A stretch of 64,000 nucleotides of DNA, taken from positions 143,406,001 to 143,470,000 of the forward strand of contig OX597815.1 in the NCBI GenBank assembly GCA_951406725.2, in the 5' to 3' direction. Below are positions 53,870 to 64,000 of this stretch, piece after piece. Both the position numbers and the translations under genes were made by a program. This DNA is from Octopus vulgaris (taxonomy: Eukaryota). How positions within the stretch are numbered: position 1 is the stretch's first letter; each line of letters opens with the position of its first letter. Under the pieces are notes generated by a model that was not told the origin of the DNA, made no database searches, and saw only the letters and a program-made list of their open reading frames with translations.

Positions 53870-54207
53870 CAATGCCAGGGCTGCCTGACTGGCTCCCATG
53901 CCAGTGGCATGTAAAAAGCACTATCCAAATGTGGCTGATACCAGCGCCCTCTGACTGACTCCCGTGCACATAAAAAGCACCATCCTAACATAATCAATAC
54001 CAGGGCCGCCTGACTATCTTCTGTGCCAGTGGCACATAAAAAGCACCCAGTCACTCTTTGAGTGGTTGGCGTTAGGAAGGGCATCCAGCTGTAGAAACAT
54101 TGCCAGATCAGACTGGACCCTGTGCAGCTGCTAGTTTTACAGACCTCAGTCAAACCATTCAACCCATGCCAGCATGGAAAACGGACATTAAACAATGATG
54201 ATAATGA
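53870..54207 (+). mobile_element. RTE 3' UTR with internal tandem repeats
   Basis: Three GCC.GACTG.CTCC..TGC...CA.ATAAAAAGCAC units followed by the standard tail. Confidence 0.85.
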
Positions 54208-54245
54208 TATATGTATGTATGTATCTATGTATGTATAGATAGATA

Positions 54246-54326
<81 letters not shown>

Positions 54327-55878
54327 TCATACACAAACACACACACATATATATGTCTTTGTATCTACACACATGTATATATGAGTGGATGGGGGTGCAT
54401 GCAATTTGCATGTATACTCAGATCATGCGACGCTGCTGTCAATAGCCATTCATGTCAACATGTGTACACTGTTGTAGCTAATTCCCCACTCCTCTTCCGC
54501 CATCCACCACCTCTGACAAGTATGTAAACAAAACTGCGTGTGTATGTGTACAGGTGTACATGCATGTATGAGCCTGCATGTATGTGTGCATAAACACCAT
54601 CACATTCACTGATGCATATGTAACTACATACATGTGCGTGTGTGTGTGTGTTTGTAGTCACTTTTTTCTCCAGTTAGTGTCTGAGAGTATGTGTGTGTGT
54701 GTGTGTGTTTTATACAGGGTGGGTAGGGCACTTGAAAGTCCCTTCTCCCCACTTCTGGCCCTGATTATCACCATACATACACTGTCCCTATTGTGTGTTT
54801 TAAGAATGGCCTATATCAACAACTGGTTGAGAGGGAGAAAGACAGGCAAGGTGGATGCAGTGGCCACTGGAGACACATGCATACACACACGCACATGTAC
54901 ACACACATGCACATAAAGAGAAAGAGAGGGAGGGAAAGGGAGAAGATTAGAAGAGGTGAGAGGTGGTTGTGAAAGAGAGGAGAAGAGACAAATATATGAA
55001 TGATTCTGCTTGGTCAGTTCTGAGTTACCTAGCAACAACAGTTAAAGATATGATGATTGTGGTGGTAGTGGAGGTGGTGGTGGTGGTGGTGGGTGATGAG
55101 GTAGTGGGTAGAAGTGATGGGTGAGAGTTGGTATAGTGTGTTGGTAGGGAAGTGGTGGAGATAGATGGGGGTGGAGAGATATGAGGCAGAGGAGGTGAGA
55201 CAGAGGTGAGGTAGCGAGGGGCAATGAATGACAATTGATGAATAAAAGAGGCTGTAGAAATAAACTTGTTTCAATAACAAAACAAATAAAATGTAGTAGG
55301 TTGGTGTAGCAGTGTAGTGGCTGGCATGCCCCACCTCTGTACTAAAGGTGACATACAAATACTGCTAGGTATTTGGAGGGGGTGGATTTTCCATTTTTAT
55401 GCATTTTGTATTAATTACTTCCAGAAGAGTTACACTATTCATAGCTTTTTCAAGCCCGCTGATGTAGGTGTGGTAAGCAATTTCACTTTGCAGCTACATG
55501 GTTTCAAGTTCAATTCCACCATTTGGCACTTTGTTCAAAAGTCTTTTGTTCAAGGCTTGTGAGTAGAATTTGATAGACAAACCTGTGTAAAAGTCTGATA
55601 GAGGCACTGTTCTTATATGGGTGGTACCCTCAATCCATCTCTTGATTTAATGCTACCATCTGGTGTACCCTTGGGTACTTTCAGCAGAGTCCATGACTAA
55701 TATTATTCTAATTCTTCCAGCAAGAACAACAGACAATTTCAGGTAAGCATACTAAAGAGTACAGCTTGCTAAGGAGGACTAATAACACCAAATCATGTTT
55801 GGAGTTATCTCCCATATTTACTGTAATAAGAGTTTCTAATGTTGGCACAAGGCCTGCAGTTTTGCAGGAAGGCTTTAA

Positions 55879-56098
55879 CCCTTTAGCATTCAGATCAATC
55901 TGTCAAATGTAATGCTTATTTATTCACATTGTTTTGAACTAATCATGCATTATCTTGTAGCTTCAAAATTTCGATAATGTGATTGTTATTTTAAGAATAA
56001 CGATGTAGGGTAGGTGTGACAGGCTGGATTAGACAAATTTGAACTTAGAAATAGGTAGAATAATATGGCCAAATATGGCTGGTTTGAATGCTAAAGGG
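55879..56098 (+). mobile_element. Complete piggyBac-like MITE inserted in a minus-strand SINE A
   Basis: TIRs CCCTTTAGCATTCA / TGAATGCTAAAGGG; flanks TTAA and TTGA; SINE A halves at 55835-55875 and 56100-56200. Confidence 0.88.
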
Positions 56099-56211
56099 TT
56101 GATCAATAACACTGACACCACTACTTGACCAGTACTTAATTCTATGGACTCTGGAGAGATAAAAGCTAATGTTGATTGCACCAGGATTTGAACTCAGCCA
56201 GACCACATGAT

Positions 56212-56430
56212 TGTGGAGGTACATGGCTTGATGGTTAGGGTGCTGGACTCATGATCATAAGGTTGTGGTTTTGATTCCTGGACCAGGAAATGTATTGTAC
56301 TCTTGAGCAAAACACTTCATTTCACATTGTTCCAGTTCACACAAATAGCAAAAATTTTGTGATAATCTGGGGTCTTATCCAGGAAGATATATATATACAC
56401 CACAGAATCCAAGAAACCAACCTTATGGAC
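56212..56430 (+). mobile_element. SINE family C
   Basis: TGGCTTGATGGTTAGGG A box, TTGATTCCTGGAC B box, CTTGAGCAAAACACTTCATTTCAC. Confidence 0.75.
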
Positions 56431-57684
56431 CTATTGCTTGGAAAGGACTTCGGATACTTTTTTTTTTTTCAATGCCACATGATTATTTGTTTAGTACTTT
56501 TAATTTTTACTACCTCAAATATGTTAACACTAACTTCTTTATTGTAAAAGAGGGATAGTTATTGATGTCTAATTTGTGATGTTGAAGTTGTTTACTATGT
56601 AGCAGCTGCAGCAGTAGTAGTTGTTGTTGTTTCTGCCCCTCTATGCCCAGTCCAATCTCTCCAGAACATTGGTCCGCTGGAATCTCTTCCCTGCAGGTGC
56701 TGACACACAACAGTTTAAAAGGCACATTAAGGGCATCAAGCTAACAAAACACAGAGGGCTGCAAATATCATGGGTACTGCTCCTTCCTCCCTTTCCCCAA
56801 AAGGAAAATATGAGAGTATCCAAACGGAATGATCTCTGACCATGATAGAGGAAAGAAGCCCCTTAAAGTGAAATAATATACTATATATGAAATAATTATT
56901 GTGATGTCAGATTGTTTGGTTCTCAACATTGTCATCGTTTAATGTCCACCTTCCATTCTGGCATGGTTTGGATGGTTTGGCCGGAGCCAGTCAGACAGAA
57001 GATAACACCAGGCTACTGTGCTTCGTTTTATATCAATATATTGTGAACACTTTGTCTTTTGAAATCTCTGAATCATGTGACATCTTAAAATGCTGAGAAA
57101 TGACTAATGTTTTGTTGAGTTGTTCATCAAATCTTTAGTATGGAGTTGATGTATGATTTATGACTAGTGAGATATGTATTTATGATGGATTAGGTATATT
57201 TATGGCATGGGTGAGGTAATTATGATGTATGATGGATACATATTATGTGAAGTGAATTTATGATGTGTGAGATGAATTTATCATGTATATGAAGTATATT
57301 TATGATGTGTGGCATATGTACAGGTGTAAGGTATATTTATCAACTGTGTGAGGTAATTAAAATGAGTGAAGTAAACTATTTGTAGTAAGTGAGGGTTATT
57401 TATGATACAATGGACAAGTAGGAGTTAAAGTATTCCATGTTGAGAAACAATATTGGACTGAATTGTATTGCATCTGTCCCAGTTTGACAAAATGGTACTG
57501 TCTTGTTATTTTTTCACAGGTAAGCCCTATACTCCAAGTACAGGATCATTCCACTTCTGCTTCCAGATAGGTACTATAATATGTAATGTGTTCTTCCTTT
57601 TAAATATAGCTGGGTGCTATCTGAAGGAGATTTGGCTGTTTTTCCTAACATAGAAGATCCCTCATTAATTCATCTTGTTTTACC

Positions 57685-58065
57685 TACTATCTTTTACTTG
57701 TTTCAGTCATTGGACTGTGGCCATCCTGGGGCACCACCTTGAAGAACTTTTAGGTGAATAAATCAACCACAGTACTTAGTTTTTTAAGTCTAGTAATTAT
57801 TCAATCCATCACTTTTGCCAAACTCCTAAGTCACAGGAACATAAACACACCAACATTGGTTGTCAAGTAGTGGTGGAGGACAGAGACACAAAGACATGGA
57901 CACATGCACACACACACACGATGGGCTTCTTTCAGTTTCTGTCTACTAAATCCACTCACAAAGCTTTGGTCAGCCCGAGGCGATAGTAGAAGACAAATGC
58001 CCAAGGTGTGACACTGAAACTGAGCCTGTATCCATGTGGTTTGGAAGCAACATTCTTACCACACT
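57685..58065 (-). mobile_element. SINE family B, near full length
   Basis: Collinear with 33012-33420. Confidence 0.88.
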
Positions 58066-58284
58066 CAGTGTAGATTCCAACAGTCTGGCTAAAATCTCAG
58101 AACTTAAGTAATTAACAATGTAGTGTGCACCAGGTAATATTTTACAAAGAAAGGGGATAAGGTAATTACATAGACCCCAGTGTTCAACTGATACTTATTT
58201 TATCAGCAAGGTCGATCTCAGTGGAATTTGAACTCAGAACATAAAGACAGACAAAATTCCACTAAACATTTTGTCTGGCATGCT

Positions 58285-58628
58285 AATGATTCTGCCAGCT
58301 CACCAGGCACATGTGCTGATGGCATGTGAAAAACAACATTTGAGAGTGGTCGTTGCCAGTGCTGCTGGACTGGCTCCCATGCAGGTAGCACATAAAAACA
58401 CCTTTTGAGCATGATCGTTGCCAGAACTGCCTGACTGGCATATAAAAGCACCCACTACACTCTCAGAGTGTAGTGGGTGCTTTTAGGAAGGGCACCCAGC
58501 TGTAGAAATTTTGCCAAATCAGACTGGAGCCTGATGCAGCCTCTGGCTCGCCAGTCCTCAGTCGAACTGTCCAACCCATGCCAGCATGGAAAGTGGACAT
58601 TAAACGATAATGATGATGATGATGATGA
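58285..58628 (+). mobile_element. RTE 3' UTR containing a perfect 43-bp palindrome
   Basis: Standard tail; TAAAAGCACCCACTACACTCT-C-AGAGTGTAGTGGGTGCTTTTA at 58443-58485. Confidence 0.88.
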
Positions 58629-58631
58629 ATA

Positions 58632-58838
58632 ATCTTTTCTATTCTAGGCCTGAAATTTTGGGAGAGGGGGCCAGTCGATTAGATCGACCCCAGTATGCAA
58701 TTGATACTTAATTTATCAACTCCAAAAGGATGAAAAGCAAAGTCAACCTCAGTGGAATTTGAACTCAGAACATGATGACAGATGAAATGCCACTAAGCAT
58801 TTTGTCCGGCATGCTGATGATTCTGCCAGCTTGCCACC

Positions 58839-58842
<4 letters not shown>
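58632..58842 (-). mobile_element. SINE family A (another partial copy at 58150-58283)
   Basis: Collinear with 38812-39028. Confidence 0.88.
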
Positions 58843-58883
<41 letters not shown>

Positions 58884-60021
58884 TTAATAAATGTAATATG
58901 TAATAAATGTAATGAAGTACAGAAGACCATTTTAACTGGTACTTCACGCACTTTGAGAAGAACCTTGTTGCTGTAAGAATGATAACCTTCCATATAAATA
59001 ATCATTTTTTCCATACAACTTTATTTGATTTTGTAAATGAACAAATCTGGTGTGTTTATCTTAGTAGCCTACCAATGTATACAGTGAGTTTCTTTGCCTT
59101 AGGCATTGGGGAAGACATTTAGAAAGAAATGGAAACTAAAACTGAAAGAGGACAAACTAATAATAATAACAACAACAACAACAACACTGGGCAAATGTCT
59201 TCTACTACAGCCTGAAATTGAACCAAGCCTTGAGAGTTAATGTAGGGGAAGCAAGACCTTTACAGATGCCATCTGAGACTGTACTTGTTTTGGGATAGGA
59301 GATACAATACAGCACCAAATTTAATACGTACCACCACCTGGTTCCTTCAGAGCTTTTAGGAAAGACCACTGTGTTCCAACCATTCAGACTGTCAGATCAT
59401 CCTTGGCCTGTCTCTTTCATAAGAGACTTCACACCACTTAATTATAACATTTCTAAAGTAAACTTCTTCCAGTTCCATTCTATACTCTCCTCTTTCACCA
59501 CATTCAGTCTACGCCCTAGTCACCTCTTCAAATATTTACATTTATACACAAGATACGCTTTATATATGAAGAACCAAACCAAGGAGTGTATATATTCCCA
59601 CATATATGCCTGCTTGCCTGCCACACATACACAAAAATATGTATGCATATCTATTCATATATATATATATATATATTTAGATAACGATAGTTATGGCTAG
59701 TCTATGGGATTACCCAAGGTTTCACATTCGTAATGTGTGTGTGTGCATGTGTATGTATGAATGTATGCATATAGTCAGACATTTTCTTTGTTTATATAGT
59801 CTCAAATAAACACTCACTGGAGCATATATATCATCATCATCATTATCATCATCATTTAACATCCTTTTCTCCATGTTGGTTCTATGTCTGTTTTGATATG
59901 GTTTCTACAGCTGGATACCCTTCCCAACATATATGTGTGTGTGTGTGTCTAATATAAATGTATGCATGTATGTATGTGTATATATATATATACGCACACA
60001 TATATATACATATATATAGAT

Positions 60022-60078
<57 letters not shown>

Positions 60079-60326
60079 CGCACACATATATATACATATA
60101 TATAGATATATATAGATAGATAGACAGACACATACATGTATACATATATACATACATACATACATACACATGCACACAAACACTCAAACACATAAAACAT
60201 ATTCATATATAATATATTTATATATGATATACTGATGTATATTAGTGTAAACATCAGCAAGAAAACCAATAGCCAACACTTTCAGATAAATACCACACTG
60301 GATGGAATTTATTCTGGCGCACTTAC

Positions 60327-60354
60327 ACACCCAATCCCTTATCACTCTTCAGAT
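60327..60354 (-). CDS. Candidate 28-nt exon (D)LKSDKGLG(V)
   Basis: CTCACTGTATTTCAG acceptor and GTAAGT donor; in frame after the phase-1 end of 62855-62907; lies in a unique island between microsatellites. Confidence 0.4.
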
Positions 60355-60515
60355 CTGAAATACAGTGAGCCAGTAATGGGAGCTTTGATAATGTGTAACC
60401 AATGATACAATTGTCCGCAATGTGTGATATCAAATAATTTATACATAAACACAACACATACATACATCCATACATATGTGTCTCTGTGTCAGTGTATGTG
60501 CTTGAGTATATGTAT

Positions 60516-60565
<50 letters not shown>

Positions 60566-60803
60566 ACACACACACCTGAAACAATATTAAGTATATATAT
60601 ATATATATGATCAGCCAATACATAGATTTCAAATGTATATACACACAAACACAGATGCACCCATGCATATACACAACTAAAACACTACACTATATGTAGA
60701 TTAACATATAGAATATATATACATATAATACTAAAATATATATATATTATATATAGACAAACATACATTATATATGTATATATAATTATACATGAACACT
60801 AAA

Positions 60804-60841
<38 letters not shown>

Positions 60842-60899
60842 AACATCACATGTAGTTTTGAAATAAGAAGGGTACTAAAAAAACCATCTGATACTGGTA

Positions 60900-61677
60900 C
60901 GTACACGTAAGGATAGAGGAGGTAACGCTGGACAGATGGTGATGTTGGACACGGGTACAGCAGGGGTAATACTGGATATATAGTGAGATAACACTGGGTA
61001 TAGTAGAGATGCACGTATATACCAAGGTAACAATAGATTCATAGACTATCGCACAGGATTATAGTTGAGTAACACTGGACATAAAGAAGTATAGGCATAT
61101 AGGGTATTGGTGGGGTAACACAAGGGACATTGTGGTATTAATGTGGAGACATTTGGTGGTGTTAAGACACAAGAGTATACTGGGATAACACCGGGAACAT
61201 AATGAAACTGATGTGGGAACACAGGGTTATGGTGGAGTAACAATGGACATATAGTGCTGTGGGACATAGAGATATAGTGTGTGTAATGCAGTACATATAG
61301 TGGAGTGGGGACACATATATATAGTAGGGTAATTCTGGACATATAAAGGTGTGGGGCATAGAGATATAGTTGAGGTAACACAGGATGTATAGTGAAGTGG
61401 GGACACATGTATATATATAGTAACATAACTCTGGACATATAAAGGTGTGGGGCATACAAATATAGTGGGGTAACACAAGACATATAGTGGAGTGGGGACG
61501 CATATACATAATAGGGTAACTCTGGACATATAAAGATGTGGGACATAGAGATATAGTGGGGTAACATAGGACATATAGTGGAATGGGTACAATATATATA
61601 GTAGGTTAACTCTGGATATATAAAAATGTGGGACATAGAGATATAGTGGGGGTAACACAGGACATATAGTGGAGTGG

Positions 61678-61725
<48 letters not shown>

Positions 61726-61973
61726 TAGGGTAACTTTGGACATATAAAGGTGTGGGACATAGAGATATAGTGGGATAACACAGGACATGTAGAGGTGTGG
61801 GACATAAAGATATAATGGGGTTAACACAGGACATACAGTGGGGTGGGGGAACATATATATATATATATATATATATATGTGGGACATAAAGACATAGTGG
61901 GGTAACACAGAGTAGGAGGGTAATTTTGGATATGTAGGGGTGTGATACATAGTGGTGATAGTGGTGTGGACAT

Positions 61974-62030
<57 letters not shown>

Positions 62031-62700
62031 GTAGAATAACTTTGGACATATAGAGGTGTGGTACAGAGATATAGAGGGGTAACACAGGACATATAGTGGA
62101 GTGAGGACACGGATATATATATATATAGTGGGGTAACTTTAGACATATAGAGATGTGGGACATGGAGATATAGTGGGGATAACACAGAACATACAGTAGA
62201 GTGGATACACATATATATAGTTGTGTAACTTTGGACACACAGAGGTGTGGACATGAATGTAATGAGGTGTGGAGTATTGCTGACAGAAAGAAGTATGGAC
62301 ATACAAGTATATGGAGAGTAGTATGAGGACGCATTAGACATATTGTAGTCTGTTGATATAGGGATATAGTAGGCTAACACTGGACATATAGTGGTGTGAG
62401 GATATAAGAATATTGTAAGGTAAATGCTGGACATACAGACATAATATGTAGGGCACAGGGAGTGAGGTAAAACTGAACATAGAGATGTGGGAGGATACAG
62501 CAGAGTAGTACTGGACATATAATAAGGGTTATGGAACACAAGGGTACACTGGGTTAACACTGGGCATATGGAAGTATTGTCGTAGGGGGGCTATTGAGAT
62601 ATAAGGGAGTAATACTGGACATAGAGAGGAGTAGGAACAAGGGACATGGGATAACACTTGACATATACAGGTGTGGGTGCATGGAACACATGGATAGACA
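60900..62700. repeat. Minisatellite: ~43-46-bp monomers in ~90-bp dimers with embedded (TA)n
   Basis: GGACATATAGTGGAGTGGGGAC...GGGTAACTCT alternating with GGACATATAAAGGTGTGGGACATAGAGATATAGTGGGGTAACACA; explains ORFs 61046-62560. Confidence 0.93.
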
Positions 62701-62854
62701 AATTAGCATGGAAAACAGATAGACATGTAAAAGGAGACAACAGACAAACACACAGACAGACAGATATGGTGGGGAGAGACAATGATACATGGAGTCGGGG
62801 AGTAACAGACAGACAGGGAATGGACAGTGAAGAGAGGCAAAATAAATGACTTAC

Positions 62855-62907
62855 CACCGTCTAGTGAAATGTAGTTGGCGCAATAATTTCCAGACTGGTT
62901 GTCCATC
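62855..62907 (-). CDS. Probable 53-nt exon of an unidentified gene (MDNQSGNYCANYISLDG, or alternative frame DGQPVWKLLRQLHFTRR)
   Basis: Strong acceptor TATTCTCTGTTATGCAG and donor GTG|GTAAGT; non-repetitive, retains CpGs; two frames open. Confidence 0.6.
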
Positions 62908-63062
62908 CTGCATAACAGAGAATACAGAGGTCAAGTGATGTCAAGAAAAGTGAGTTATAGGAATATAGGTATTAGACACATACATGAATGCACACATACA
63001 TATGATGACGATGATGATGATGATGATGGTAACAATAAAAATAATAATAATAATAACAAAAA

Positions 63063-63278
63063 TGGTTTCAAATTTTGCTACAAGGGCAGCAATTTGGGGG
63101 AGGGGATGAGTCAGTTATAGCAACCCCAGTGTTTAACTGGTACTTATTTTACTGACCCCGAAAGGATGAAAGGCAAAGTTGACCTCAGCAGAATTTTAAC
63201 TCAGTTCAAAGCGACAGGCAAAATACCACTAAGCATTTCATCCAGTGTACCTAACAACTCTGCCAGCTCACCACCTTA
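63063..63278 (-). mobile_element. SINE family A
   Basis: Close match to 197-380. Confidence 0.9.
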
Positions 63279-63300
63279 ATAATAACAATAATAATAATAT

Positions 63301-64000
63301 GATAACTTCCATTACCTAGGTGACCAAGTCAGTAGCGGAGGAGGGTGTGCTGAAAGTGTAGCTGCTAGAATAAAAATAGCTTGGGCAAAGTTCAGAGAGC
63401 TCTTACTTCTGCTGGTGACAAAGGGCCTCTCACTCAGAGTAAAAGGTAGACTGTATGATGCTTGTGTACGAACAGCCATGCTACATGGCAGTGAAACATG
63501 GGCTTACACATGTCCTTGCGAGGACATGTGTAAGCTCACAAGGAATGAAGCCCGTATGATCCAATGGATGTGTAATGTCAGTGTGCATACTCGACAGAGT
63601 GTAAGTACCTTGAGAGAAAAGTTGGACCTAAGAAGCATCAGATGTGGTGTGCAAGAGAGATGACTGCGCTGGTATGGTCATGTGGCAAGAATGGATGAGG
63701 AGAACTGTGTGAAAAAGAGCCACACACTAGCGGTTGAGGGAACCTGTGGAAGAGGTAGACCCAAGAAGACCTGGGATGAAGTGGTGAAGCACGACCTTCG
63801 AACTTTAGGCCTCACCAAGGAAATGACTAGTGACCAAGACTTTTGGAAATATGCTGTGCTAGAGAAGACCCAGCAAGCCAAATGAGACCATAACCCGTGG
63901 CCTATGCCAGGAGCATAACCAGCTCACTTATGTGTACCTTTTCCTTCTTTGGACACTAAACTCTGCTTGCGAAGACCTGTTGACGCAAGTGAAATCAAAA
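63301..64000 (+). pseudogene. 5'-truncated RTE-clade LINE (ORF2 C-terminus and start of 3' UTR)
   Basis: DNFHYLGDQVSSGGGC...AWAKFRELL...KGRLYDACVRTAMLHGSETW...*LRWYGHVARM...RGRPKKTW; internal stop at 63661. Confidence 0.95.

Noticed and set aside
61046-62560. 504-aa ORF as a protein-coding gene
   Set aside because: It is a translation of the minisatellite, drifting among unit registers with (YI)n runs; non-ATG start; no domain.
62855-62907. Resemblance of DGQPVWKLLRQLHFT to FBXO25/32-type F-box motif
   Set aside because: Similarity is too short, and that frame terminates if joined to the next candidate exon; no gene symbol assigned.

Overview
AT-rich, microsatellite-dense animal DNA. The SINE families and (TA)n/(AAT)n/(ATC)n content look like an octopus (coleoid cephalopod) genome; this is an inference. 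No intact long CDS is present. Nearly all ORFs in the track, including the 504-aa one, are read-throughs of simple repeats or decayed transposons. The window is mostly a mosaic of tRNA-derived SINEs, RTE/Jockey/R4-like LINE remnants, a decayed Penelope-like element, a Tc1/mariner remnant, two MITE families and minisatellites, probably within very long intron(s). A few short minus-strand segments have canonical splice signals and compatible phases (62855-62907, 60327-60354, 42204-42276, 40353-40371, 10429-10499), suggesting an unidentified multi-exon gene, but this cannot be confirmed from sequence alone. The most notable non-coding structures are minimal hammerhead-ribozyme motifs in Penelope-type repeats (17110-17155; 53598-53662, inside an inverted repeat) and a 178-bp-arm palindrome that would be a strong dsRNA/ADAR substrate. 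Also notable are a MITE with an 8-bp TSD carrying telomeric repeats and a recursive-splice-like motif. Most repeat boundaries are approximate. No clearly new biological system can be established.
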